Shown one piece after another: positions 1 through 9,800 of a stretch of 64,000 bases of DNA. Below the pieces are notes generated by a model that saw only the letters and a program-made list of their open reading frames with translations, had not been told where the DNA came from and made no database searches. Position 1 is the stretch's first letter. Every line of letters starts with the position of its first letter. Source of the DNA: a virus (Duplodnaviria; Caudoviricetes); the IMG/VR virus record IMGVR_UViG_3300030109_003595, positions 9,024 to 73,023 of that record. One strand, given 5' to 3'. Both the position numbers and the translations under genes were made by a program.

Positions 1-390
1 TACAAGAACATCGACTTACCTGAACTTGCCATTGACAATATGATTATTCTACCATGCCTAGCACAGTCAGCGATGGGTGGTGGTAACCCCACACACAAGG
101 CTAGGGTTCACTTCGCATCATATCTAGCAGGTAGATTGAGATGGTTCTTCCCACCTGAGTACCCTTCATTAGAGGAGAAGCAGAGCCATGTAAACCAGAT
201 TGTCGATATCATAGAGGCGCAGGAGTGGGTTGACTTCAACCCCTCAGTCACTAGACATCAAGTCAAGAGCATAGTTATGGGTAGTGGTGGCAACAACGGG
301 TATATCCCAGCGACTTGTCGCACCCTAATACACGACGGTGTTTGCACTGGAAGGTGTAGATACTATGACGGAACAGCGGAGGATGATTGA
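1..390 (+). CDS. Archaeo-eukaryotic primase large subunit (PriL)-like Fe-S domain, 5'-truncated by the window edge
   Basis: Frame is open from base 1 (YKNIDLPELAIDNMIILPCL...). Has PCL...THKAR, DFNPSVTRHQV and C-terminal CRTL...CTGRC cysteines, typical of the PriL 4Fe-4S domain. Confidence 0.75.
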   Translation, partial: YKNIDLPELAIDNMIILPCLAQSAMGGGNPTHKARVHFASYLAGRLRWFFPPEYPSLEEKQSHVNQIVDIIEAQEWVDFNPSVTRHQVKSIVMGSGGNNGYIPATCRTLIHDGVCTGRCRYYDGTAEDD

Positions 391-609
391 ATGAATGCCA
401 GAAGAATGTGTAAAGAATGTGGAAAGAAACTACCTAGTAGGAATGGTAACAGGAAGGCCTTTACCAATTTATGTCAACGATGTTTCACACACCCGCCACC
501 AGAACACAGATGTCAGGCTATCACAAATGCAGGTACTCAGTGTTGTTTCAGAATAACAGGTGCATCTAAGAAACTATGTAAGATACATGCTAGGAGGGAA
601 AGAGAATGA
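391..609 (+). CDS. Small Cys/His-rich zinc-finger protein
   Basis: CKEC, CQRC, and C-x9-C...CKIH motifs; abuts the upstream stop and overlaps the downstream gene by ATGA. Confidence 0.7.
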   Translation: MNARRMCKECGKKLPSRNGNRKAFTNLCQRCFTHPPPEHRCQAITNAGTQCCFRITGASKKLCKIHARRERE

Positions 610-1310
610 GAAGACCTGCTATGATTGTTGATAGCAATGAACGGGGTGTACTGTGTGATTCAGTAATACGTAAGGCGGAGAAAGCAGGTTTGTCTGTGAT
701 AAGAAAACCGCTAGTGGTGGGGGACTATCTTCTAGGTGAGGCTTGTGTTGAGGCCAAGAGCATCAACGACCTATTTCTATCCAGTCACAGTGGTCATCTA
801 TGGAGGCAACTGGAGAACATGGACATCAACTACCAACGCTTCTTCTTAGTCATACACGGTGGTATAGACAAGTATGTTGCTATGGCTAAGAAGACAGGCA
901 AGAAGGTGACATACACTAGGATACAGAATGAGTTGACTGGTACTATAGCACGCATCATGAGTGACTTTGAGTGTCAAGTATTCTACACACCAAACGTCAG
1001 TGAGGCTGCTTTGTTCATTACCAAACTCCACAACAAGTTGCACAAACCAGCGTCTAGCCACGGTGCTAGGACAATACGAAGAGTGGCATCAAACGATATC
1101 AGAGCCGACATGCTACTGGCAATACCCGGTATAGGCAAAGACATGGCTGATAGGATTCTAGAAGAGTGTGGAAGCATAGAGGAGATGTGCTTCCCTGAAT
1201 CTCTGAAGAAGATAAAGGGTCTAGGTGATGTACTGCGTGGTAGAATAGTGCAGGCACTCACATCTGAAGAGAAGATGGTAGTAGAGAGAAAGGTAAAAAG
1301 AAGTGTATAA
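606..1310 (+). CDS. ERCC4-domain (XPF/Mus81/Hef-like) structure-specific nuclease with C-terminal helix-hairpin-helix
   Basis: IVDSNE, GDY, VEAKS..D (ERKxxxD-like) motifs; C-terminal IPGIG...IKGLG HhH pair. Confidence 0.85.
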   Translation: MRRPAMIVDSNERGVLCDSVIRKAEKAGLSVIRKPLVVGDYLLGEACVEAKSINDLFLSSHSGHLWRQLENMDINYQRFFLVIHGGIDKYVAMAKKTGKKVTYTRIQNELTGTIARIMSDFECQVFYTPNVSEAALFITKLHNKLHKPASSHGARTIRRVASNDIRADMLLAIPGIGKDMADRILEECGSIEEMCFPESLKKIKGLGDVLRGRIVQALTSEEKMVVERKVKRSV

Positions 1311-1323
1311 TGTACGACTGTCT

Positions 1324-1368
1324 TGTATATACATAGTATGTATTAAGTACTGACCCCGTTTGGGGTCA
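1324..1368 (+). promoter_or_regulatory. Putative promoter region plus 7-bp stem-loop just upstream of the ATPase start
   Basis: Palindrome TGTATATACA (1324-1333), TATA-like TATTAAGTA (1341-1349), hairpin TGACCCC-GTTT-GGGGTCA (1351-1368); ATG at 1372. Confidence 0.4.
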
Positions 1369-1371
1369 CTC

Positions 1372-2772
1372 ATGCGTCACTACTCAGAGTACCAAGCAGT
1401 GCAGAAGTTTCCTTTGTTCAAGGGGTACTTGGAGCACTTTAGACAGACATCAATGGAAAACGACATACCGGGAATGCTTTCCTTCTTCTTCCTACAGGGA
1501 CAGGTTGCTGTTCCTTTTGTGAGGATACCTTGGGGTTCATCACATCTAGACCCACGTGTGCACGTGTTTTGGATTCAACCTAGCAGGTCTGGTAAGTCTG
1601 TGTCTTGGGAGTTCATAGGTGACATCTGTAGAGAGGCCGAGATACCCACTGAGATGTACACTACAGGGACTGACGCTGCTCTGATAGGTGGATGGGAAGA
1701 AGAGACTGTTGATGGTGAAACAGTCAAGCATCTCAAAGAAGGACTGTTAGATGGGCGTAAGGCTCTCAACTTCGATGAGGGTTCAATCATACTTAACCCC
1801 AACAAGCACAGTCAGGAGACTGTGTTGTATCTACAGTCTGCTTGCAACCCTGTAGGTAGCAACAACAACATACTCGTGAAACACACTAAGGCCGGTAGAA
1901 TAGAAACCGAGTCATTGGTGTCAATGTGGATTACCACTTTCCCACCGAAGGGTGTCAAGGAGTACGTTCTGACTAAGGGTATCTTCCAGAGGGTTCTGCT
2001 GTACTGGGCAGACTGGGACACAGACAAGAGGATGGGTGTGAGCATGAAGAGGATGGAGATGGCTTTCAAGAAAATACCCAAGTTGTCTGTCGAGCACGAT
2101 GACATAGTGAATTACTTCAAAGGGCTGACTAAGAGGGTGAGAGACAGACTGCTCAACATCAGTGAGACATCCTTCTCTGACTGGGACACTATGAACAGGT
2201 ATGACCAAGAGGAACTACTACAGTCTCATATGCATCAGATGTTCACAGCAGGAGATGACTTCTACGCTGCTGCGTATGACTCCATAGAAGACTACTACTC
2301 TCTACTAGACGGTCTAGGGCCGGGTATCGGTGATGTGGTGGCTTCATTCATGCCTGCTGTTGAGAACTACACAGTCATCTTCGCAACACACATGGCCATG
2401 TTAGACGAGTCGTGGGAAGTGACAGGAGAGCACGTTGACATGGCTAAGGACATTCTATACGACCTGACCAAGAATCTGATTCTATGGTTAGAGGACGAGG
2501 TTGAGGTTGGATACAAGAAGACAGAGGTGTCTGAGTATAAGAAGAGATTCGCAATAGCGTATCAGAACACAGATGCCGTAGACTTCGATGACTCCAGAGG
2601 AGCAGGTTGGCACAGGAAGAACAACGTGATACAGACGTACATGAAACTCAATTCAGTCACTAGAGGCACTGGGTGGAATCACTTTGGTAAGTACGCTAAA
2701 GACATGTTTGACACCGTAAAGGAGAACAAGGTAGTGTATCTCCGAATGAAGGAGGGTGCTAACGATGAGTGA
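1372..2772 (+). CDS. MCM-like AAA+ ATPase / putative replicative helicase
   Basis: Walker A QPSRSGKS, YTTG..AALIG, Walker B LNFDEG, Arg-finger-like FQRVL. ATG 1372 preferred over TTG 1360. Confidence 0.65.
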   Translation: MRHYSEYQAVQKFPLFKGYLEHFRQTSMENDIPGMLSFFFLQGQVAVPFVRIPWGSSHLDPRVHVFWIQPSRSGKSVSWEFIGDICREAEIPTEMYTTGTDAALIGGWEEETVDGETVKHLKEGLLDGRKALNFDEGSIILNPNKHSQETVLYLQSACNPVGSNNNILVKHTKAGRIETESLVSMWITTFPPKGVKEYVLTKGIFQRVLLYWADWDTDKRMGVSMKRMEMAFKKIPKLSVEHDDIVNYFKGLTKRVRDRLLNISETSFSDWDTMNRYDQEELLQSHMHQMFTAGDDFYAAAYDSIEDYYSLLDGLGPGIGDVVASFMPAVENYTVIFATHMAMLDESWEVTGEHVDMAKDILYDLTKNLILWLEDEVEVGYKKTEVSEYKKRFAIAYQNTDAVDFDDSRGAGWHRKNNVIQTYMKLNSVTRGTGWNHFGKYAKDMFDTVKENKVVYLRMKEGANDE

Positions 2773-3382
2773 CATTCTATCATTAGATATTGAGACTATA
2801 AATTACTCATGGGATATAGGTGGATGGGATAATAAGAATCTATTCAAGATGAGTGTGATTGCTACTTGGGATGGTACTAATGCTACTTTATTTTGTAATG
2901 AAGATATACAGTTAGATGGTGTAAAAGTATTACCATTACATGCAACAGATATAGGTAATCATATTTCAGAACATGTAGAAAAAGGTGGTAAGATTTTAGG
3001 ACATAACATCATTGGTTTCGATTTACCTGTAATCAAAGAATCGTTAGACTGCTGGGCTGCTGGTGATATTATGTCTAAGAGTGCTGACACAATTATAGAC
3101 ACTAAAAATCTAGTTTCAAAAGCATCTAAAATACTATCAGATAATATAGGTACATCATTAGATATACTTACTAAATGTACTTTGAAAGAAGGTAAGATAA
3201 TGCAGAGTATAGATGCACCAAAGCAGTGGGCTTTGGGTAATTACAATGAGGTAGCAGAGTACTGCTTGAAAGATGCACAACTCACATACGAGTTGTACAA
3301 GTACGGTGCTGAGTATGGTATAGTAAAATCACTTTCCTTGGATACAGGAAAAGAGATAGAGATAGAGGTGAATTGGACATGA
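2765..3382 (+). CDS. DEDD/RNase H-like 3'-5' exonuclease (DnaQ-like)
   Basis: ExoI LSLDIET, ExoII GHNIIGFDL, ExoIII YCLKDA. Confidence 0.85.
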   Translation: MSDILSLDIETINYSWDIGGWDNKNLFKMSVIATWDGTNATLFCNEDIQLDGVKVLPLHATDIGNHISEHVEKGGKILGHNIIGFDLPVIKESLDCWAAGDIMSKSADTIIDTKNLVSKASKILSDNIGTSLDILTKCTLKEGKIMQSIDAPKQWALGNYNEVAEYCLKDAQLTYELYKYGAEYGIVKSLSLDTGKEIEIEVNWT

Positions 3383-4878
3383 CCGATAATGACAAGACAA
3401 ACAATGCACAAGTGATGAATATACGGGCTGCTAAGGCAATCGTAGAGACTGTACGCACTACACTAGGACCAATGGGTATGGACAAGATGATGGTAGATGG
3501 TGCTGGAAACGTGATAGTCACCAACGATGGTGCTACTATCCTACGTGAGTTAGACGTAGCACATCCCGGTGGTAAGATGATGATAGAGATATCAAAGACA
3601 CAGGAGACCATCTGCTACGACGGTACTACCAGTACTGTGGTGCTAGCAGGTCAACTACTGTCGAACAGCGAGATGTTGTTTGAGAAGGGTCTACACCCCA
3701 ATGTGATATGCAGAGGATATCGTGAAGCATCTCAGATGGCAATAGACTATCTGAACAGTGAAGTGTCAATGAACACAGGTAATGAGGTTCTACACGACAT
3801 AGCCAAGACCGCAATCACCGGTAAGACCGTAGAGGCTGCTACTGATATCGTGAGCACCCTCTGTGTGGATGCAGTCATGGCTGCTGGTGATGTGGACAAG
3901 GTAAGGGTCGTCAGCCTACCCGGTGGTAGTATCGAGGAATCCTACTTGTTCAACGGAGTGATTGTGAGTAAGGACTTCGTGCTAGACTATGACTTGGATG
4001 AAGAGACCAACATCCTTCTGCTCAACACAGGGCTTGAGGAGGAGAAGAGCAAGGAGAATGTACAGGTTCAACTGAATGCAGCAGACTACTCGCAGTTCCA
4101 GAAGTCAGGTAGAGATAACCTGCTTGAGCGTGCACAGCACATCGTGATGAGAATGGAAGGCAAGGGTGTAGTATTTGTCAGGGATGGTGTACATGACCAC
4201 GTGTGTGCCTATCTGAGAAAGAACGGCATAGGTGTGGTGAGAAGAGTGCCTGAGAGTGTGATGAAGGCACTGAGGGGATGCTTGGGCATCAGCGTAGCAC
4301 AGACTCCAGAGGAACTAGAAGCCTCAGCCTTCGTTAAGATATCGAGACAGAAGCACAATGACGTTCAGTACATATTCGTGGAGTCTATTGTTGACAGTGA
4401 CCAATCCACTCTAGTTCTAAGAGGGGCTACCCAATCCACTCTGGATGAGGTGGAGAGAGGCTTCGATGACGCACTGGGTGTGGTCAGCCTCGTCAAGGAA
4501 GACGGTAAGGTGGTTGCTGGTGGTGGCTCATCATTCGTGGCTATGGCCTCTTATCTGAGGAATCATGGCGCTAGTGTGGGTGGAAGGCCTCAGATGGCTA
4601 TAGAGGCCTTTGCTGACGCTCTAGAGGTTATCCCTGCTACCATAGCGGAGAACGCAGGACATGACCCACTGGATGTAGTGCTGGCGATGAGACACGAGAT
4701 ACAGAACGGCAACCTGTATCATGGGCCTGATGTCACTGATGGTGGTATCACCAACATGAGAGACGCTGGTATATTTGAGCCTACCAAACTAATCAAGCAG
4801 GCTGTGCTTAGTGCGACAGAAGTCACCACTGCCCTACTAAGGATAGACGATATCGTTGGTAGGAGACCTGTGGAATAA
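3379..4878 (+). CDS. Group II chaperonin (thermosome-like)
   Basis: TTLGPMGMDKM, TNDGATIL, DGTTS, LRGAT...EVER...DAL, AGGG, AFADALEVIP, LLRIDD motifs. Confidence 0.95.
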   Translation: MTDNDKTNNAQVMNIRAAKAIVETVRTTLGPMGMDKMMVDGAGNVIVTNDGATILRELDVAHPGGKMMIEISKTQETICYDGTTSTVVLAGQLLSNSEMLFEKGLHPNVICRGYREASQMAIDYLNSEVSMNTGNEVLHDIAKTAITGKTVEAATDIVSTLCVDAVMAAGDVDKVRVVSLPGGSIEESYLFNGVIVSKDFVLDYDLDEETNILLLNTGLEEEKSKENVQVQLNAADYSQFQKSGRDNLLERAQHIVMRMEGKGVVFVRDGVHDHVCAYLRKNGIGVVRRVPESVMKALRGCLGISVAQTPEELEASAFVKISRQKHNDVQYIFVESIVDSDQSTLVLRGATQSTLDEVERGFDDALGVVSLVKEDGKVVAGGGSSFVAMASYLRNHGASVGGRPQMAIEAFADALEVIPATIAENAGHDPLDVVLAMRHEIQNGNLYHGPDVTDGGITNMRDAGIFEPTKLIKQAVLSATEVTTALLRIDDIVGRRPVE

Positions 4879-5054
4879 TGGGAAGACTACTAGACAAACT
4901 AAACGTCACTTGCCGCGTTTGTGGTCACAAGCACATACCAAGAAGACTCAATGCTCGTTATCAAGATGGCGAAAAGAGGAGAGTTAACCTCTGGCAATGT
5001 AAGCAATGTGGTCACTTCTGGCAGGATTCAGTATACAAGAAGGCGAAACAATAA
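4878..5054 (+). CDS. 58-aa zinc-ribbon protein resembling the TFS/TFIIS C-terminal ribbon (absent from the ORF track)
   Basis: Manual translation MGRLLDKLNVTCRVCGHKHIPRRLNARYQDGEKRRVNLWQCKQCGHFWQDSVYKKAKQ; TAATG overlap with the chaperonin stop. Confidence 0.75.
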   Translation: MGRLLDKLNVTCRVCGHKHIPRRLNARYQDGEKRRVNLWQCKQCGHFWQDSVYKKAKQ

Positions 5055-5083
5055 ATTACCTTCGGTGTAGAATCTACACTACT

Positions 5084-5374
5084 ATGTTGTGGAGATGGTT
5101 TGCTCGTAAACTCATGAGTATAATGGGTAACCTCTACGTGTGGTTAGATAAGCGTGTGAAATACACTGATGAAGAAGTCAGTCAAGTCCTAGGTTTGGAC
5201 ATTGATGAAGACTTGAGGACCAGTTCAAGGTACGAATTATGTCGTATAGTCGAAGAGGAGTTCAAAGTACCCAAAGACTCCTTTTGGACTCTACACAGCA
5301 CCCAGAAGATACGCTTCGCTACACAGCAGATTCGTGAGATGAAGAAGCCTAGTAAGATGGATATGGGATACTGA
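5084..5374 (+). CDS. Hypothetical protein (~96 aa)
   Basis: ATG 5084 avoids overlap with the zinc-ribbon gene; TGATG coupling to the next micro-ORF. Confidence 0.65.
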   Translation: MLWRWFARKLMSIMGNLYVWLDKRVKYTDEEVSQVLGLDIDEDLRTSSRYELCRIVEEEFKVPKDSFWTLHSTQKIRFATQQIREMKKPSKMDMGY

Positions 5375-5442
5375 TGGATTTACCTTTGAAGAAAATAAAG
5401 ACGTGTAGAAGATTTGATTGGTGGAGGTGTGAGTTGATATGA
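5374..5442 (+). CDS. 22-aa micro-ORF
   Basis: MDLPLKKIKTCRRFDWWRCELI; TGATG overlap upstream and ATGA overlap downstream. Confidence 0.4.
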   Translation: MDLPLKKIKTCRRFDWWRCELI

Positions 5443-5516
5443 GAGGATATACAAAAACTGCGATGTTTATACGATGTTTGAATGAGATTTTTGAAGACTG
5501 GGATGATGAGATATGA
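5439..5516 (+). CDS. 25-aa micro-ORF
   Basis: MRGYTKTAMFIRCLNEIFEDWDDEI; GGAGGTG SD at 5423-5429; ATGA overlaps at both ends. Confidence 0.5.
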   Translation: MRGYTKTAMFIRCLNEIFEDWDDEI

Positions 5517-5650
5517 TTGTTGACCAACGTCTGATAGACGCTGTGTCCAATGACATCCAAGTGGAAATACCGTTAGTCTTTCCCTTGCTTCTACTGGCCA
5601 CAACAGGGTTGCTGATATATTTTGTATGGTCTAGTAGGGATAGTGAATGA
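5513..5650 (+). CDS. 45-aa single-pass membrane micro-protein
   Basis: MIVDQRLIDAVSNDIQVEIPLVFPLLLLATTGLLIYFVWSSRDSE; ~20-aa hydrophobic stretch; ATGA overlaps at both ends. Confidence 0.55.
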   Translation: MIVDQRLIDAVSNDIQVEIPLVFPLLLLATTGLLIYFVWSSRDSE

Positions 5651-6498
5651 GTGCCATATCTCTGTATGAAGTGAGTCCTAGAGATGGTTTGCAGGGTTTA
5701 CCAAGAGCCATCCCTCTGAGGAAAAAAGTAAAACTAATCAAGAAACTAAAGAAAGCAGGTATAGAGGGTATAGAGGTAGGCAGTCTAGTACACCCCTCTA
5801 TACTACCAATGAGAGAAAGTGGTAAACTGTACAAGAAAACCGGAGGAGACTTGCTGGTGGTAAATGAAAAAGGGTTCGATAGAGCGATAGAACTAGGTGC
5901 GAAAAGAGTGAACGTGGTGATAAGCCCTCATGACAATTTCAGCCAATTAAATCAGAAAAATACATATGAGAATATAATGAGTATATATCAAAATAAATGC
6001 AAGGATATACCGATAAATAGGTTATACATTAGTTGTGCATTTAGTACAGGTATATCTCAAAAAGCCGTTCTAGACTGCGTGAAGTGGGGTAAAGACATAG
6101 CAAAGTACATTGTTCTATGTGATACAGATAGTAATGCTACTGCTGAGAGTATAGCGTCATTATGTAGTGGAGCAAAAGCAATCACACCCAATCTCAGCAT
6201 ACATCTACACGTTGATGAGGATAGTACAGAATACATCAAAGCAGCCTATGACTCAGGTATCAGACAGTTCGACTGCTCTGTAGGTGGACTTGGTGGTTGT
6301 TTCTCCTTGGATGAAGCACAAGGTAATTTGAGAACAGAGTCATTGGTGTCGTGGGCATTATCCAATAACATACCAATAGAAGAGAACATACATGTGGGTA
6401 GATTGATATCCACAAGTGAATATGCATACAACCTAGCACACTCATACAGTCAGACTAAACTAGAGAAGATAATGGCAAGACTAGGAGTCTTAATCTAA
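5647..6498 (+). CDS. HMG-CoA lyase-like DRE-TIM metallolyase
   Basis: EVSPRDGLQ, IEVGS, LCDT, HLH metal ligands, FDCSVGGLGGC, GNLRTE. Confidence 0.85.
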   Translation: MSAISLYEVSPRDGLQGLPRAIPLRKKVKLIKKLKKAGIEGIEVGSLVHPSILPMRESGKLYKKTGGDLLVVNEKGFDRAIELGAKRVNVVISPHDNFSQLNQKNTYENIMSIYQNKCKDIPINRLYISCAFSTGISQKAVLDCVKWGKDIAKYIVLCDTDSNATAESIASLCSGAKAITPNLSIHLHVDEDSTEYIKAAYDSGIRQFDCSVGGLGGCFSLDEAQGNLRTESLVSWALSNNIPIEENIHVGRLISTSEYAYNLAHSYSQTKLEKIMARLGVLI

Positions 6499-6836
6499 GT
6501 GTGAATTATACCATTAGGATGGCTACTCATAAAACTAGGTTGTGCAGGGAAGAAGTCCGGCAAGTCTGTTATAACGACATTTCCCTCTGCTGCTAGTACA
6601 GTAGCAGGTAAGTCTAACAAAGCCTGTCTGTATTCTCCTAACTCTGTTTTCTGTGAGTCTGTGAGTGCATTATAGAGTAAGGGTTTAGATTGATAGTAAT
6701 CCACATACCTCTCCATTACCGAATCCCTAGAAGCCCTTAACTTATCATAAGAGTGTTCCACACTCATAATTACATCGCTTGCTCTACATGTCGTTCCATC
6801 TACTGCGCTCCATACATTCTCTCCCATAATTATCAT
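6495..6836 (-). CDS. Tail fibre assembly chaperone-like protein
   Basis: LRASRD...YRQALLDLP...FFPAQP pattern typical of fibre chaperones; directly downstream of the 2711-aa fibre. Confidence 0.65.
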   Translation of the reverse strand: MIIMGENVWSAVDGTTCRASDVIMSVEHSYDKLRASRDSVMERYVDYYQSKPLLYNALTDSQKTELGEYRQALLDLPATVLAAEGNVVITDLPDFFPAQPSFMSSHPNGIIHT

Positions 6837-9800
6837 CTCCTCTCAAAATACGCTGTAAACCTAGCAGGTCCAATTTGCGTAGCGTTAGAATAACTGGTCG
6901 GTGACTCTACTCTTATGTTGAAAGTGTCTCCCTCATCAAAATCAATATCGTAGTTAGTCTTAGACATGATGAATGCATTACCACCACTACCACTAGCGTT
7001 ACCTGTCATCGGGTCATTTAGTCCCGATTGATTCTTGAATATATCTATACTCATATTGGTGCTATTTGTCCTAGAGTTTTTGTTACCAAAGTGAATGTAT
7101 AGTGCCTTAAGGGTACAATCGCATCCTAGAGGCATACCGAAATCCACACCGCTTGATGACTTGGTAGTGTTCTGTGCCCCGTTACCATATGAGAATGAGA
7201 ATCCATTTGAGTTACCTGCTGTAGCAGGGCCAAGATAGTCATCTGACTCCTCACCGAAAATCATAAACGAATCTGTGGAAGAACCACCACCACTTGCATT
7301 TTCCCAAGCAACACCACTTCCTGTTGAAGTTAGAACTTGACCATCAGAACCTTGACCGCCATTTACTTTAATATTTTCAGCATCTACTAATCCAAAGTAT
7401 GCGTTTTTATATTTGAGAGATGAAGTTCCTAAGTCTATATCATTATCACTAACTGGATTTACTGCATTGTTTATGATTTTAATTTGATTAGCACCTGCTA
7501 CTCTAAATCTTACTTCGTTATCAGTATCAAATTGAATCTCATTATCTGCATCTCTACCAACTTTTAATGACGCATTCAATACAGAAGTAATACCTGTTTG
7601 TGCAGCAGTTACCGCTACATCATTTGCATTTGCAGTTATACCAGTTCCACCAATAACATTGACTGTTACTGCTCCACTGCTTCCGCCACCTGTTAATCCA
7701 GTTCCTGCGGTGACTCCTGTAATATCGCCTACGGGTATGTCAGTCCAAGACAATGTTCCACTACCGTTTGTGACAAGCACTTGATTTGCACTACCATCTG
7801 CGTTTGGCGTAGTTCCGGGGAATGTGAGAACCTCTCTCCTTGCTCCCCAATTGCCGCTATTTTCATCGGCCTCCCCTGTCCTAAAGTAAAGAGGCTCAGT
7901 ATCAACGCTAGTACTACCTGCGTCTGCGGCAGAGAATAACTGCCATGCCCTGTAATTGTCAGACCATCCCTTCATTGTGAGAATAGAATCCCAAGCATTA
8001 GTAGCGTTTGTAACATCGTCTGAGAATGTGAAGGTTGCAGATTTGTCTGCAAACTCTGTCGGTGTCATTTCGGAACTTGTTGTTGCTCCCTCGTTCCTTG
8101 CATCCCTGATTCTTATCTCCGATACATTGTCGCCTATCCATGTCTTTACTCTACCCATCGTGGTCTTACGAGTAGTACCACCTGCTCCGTCATCTATAAT
8201 GAGTAAATCTGCATCTTGGATACTTGCACCTATATCTGTAAGGCCATCAACATCCAAATCAAGAGTCACGCCACCGCTTGAACCACCACCCGATAGCCCC
8301 GTTCCGGCAGTTACGCCAGTAATGTCTCCAGAACCACCACCACTCACCGAAGCAAAGGAGAGTGTACCACTGCCATCTGTCTGTAACACTTGGTTAGCAT
8401 CACCGTCTGATGTGGGGAATGTGTATTCTCCATTGAATGTAATCGCACCGCCACTTGCTACACCTATCCTTACAGTGTCATTCGATACTATGTTGAAGTT
8501 GGAGTTGGTGAATGTCCCTACATTACCTGCATTGTTACCTACCTTGAGACCACCCTGTATCCCTGATGAGCCATCCTCTGCCATGATTCGTGCATCTTCA
8601 TCCACTACGTGCAAAGTGTAAGAAGGACTTGTAGTGCCTATTCCGACTTTACCATCATGGGTTATCCTCATCCTCTCAGCAGGTGCGGCATCGGAAGTCG
8701 CACTCCTAGTTCCGAAGGTCATGGCGGCTTGATAACTACCTGTTCCGTTTTCCTCCGCCCCTATTCTCACCGAGGGGTTGGCATCGCTACTGAAATGGCT
8801 CAGACCGATGTGAACGCTTCCCTGTGTGCTACCACTCGTTCCCCCTGTGGTTGAGAATAGCGCAACGGTATCGTCATTGGAAGAGCCTACGACATGAAGC
8901 AATTGGTCAGGACTCGTAGTGCCTATTCCGACATTGCCCTCCGAATTGATACGCATTCTCTCAAGGGAAGCAGTGTCATCGGCTTGGTCATTAGGTGCAG
9001 TGAAGAATGTCAGATGCCCTCCCTTGTCATCAACCGAATGGTCTTGAGAAGCATAAGCAGCGATACCTGCTGATGCCTCTGTTGCTCTTGAAGGCGCATT
9101 ACCATCCTTACCATCAAAACCAATCGCACCGAGTAAATCACCGGAAGCGACAGTTGTAGTGTTTCTGATGATTGTCAGACCGTCGTTGAAATCCCCACCA
9201 TTATGGTATAGTGTTAGAGTGGTCAATGGGTGCGAACCACCATTGTTCACGGCCAACTTACCATCTATCATTGTCATACCACAAGTGTTCGATGCATCTT
9301 GGGCTTTGCTTGATGATGAGTACCTGAACTCCATGTATCCGCCTTTGGCAGTCGCACTGTGGTCTTGCCTCGCTTTAGCAACAATAGCAGCAGATGCCTC
9401 AAACACACTGCTTGGTACATTGCCATCAGTCGAATCGAAACCAATGCCTCCGAGTATGTCGTTGTTGCCAGTTGTTGAGTCGGCTCTGACGACCATTATT
9501 CCGTTGTCACCATCAACACCAGTATGGTCAACCTGTAGTTTATTCAACGGACTCGTAGTGCCTATTCCGACATTACCCGAAGAATCAATCCTCATTCTTT
9601 CATTACTACCCGCAGTAAAGAACCTAACATTCTGATAAGATGCAGAATTGTTTCCACCATCATCAGCATACAAATCTAGGTTAAAGTCCGACTTGATTGA
9701 GCCGACAGAACCGCTAGTGTCAAACTTGAGATAGCCTGAACCGCTTGTCAGATGAAGCGGTGAACCGGGGCTTGAAGTGCCTATTCCGACATTACCATCA

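Noticed and set aside
5006-5083. ORF-track N-terminal extension of the 122-aa ORF
   Set aside because: Overlaps the zinc-ribbon gene in another frame; ATG 5084 is more plausible.
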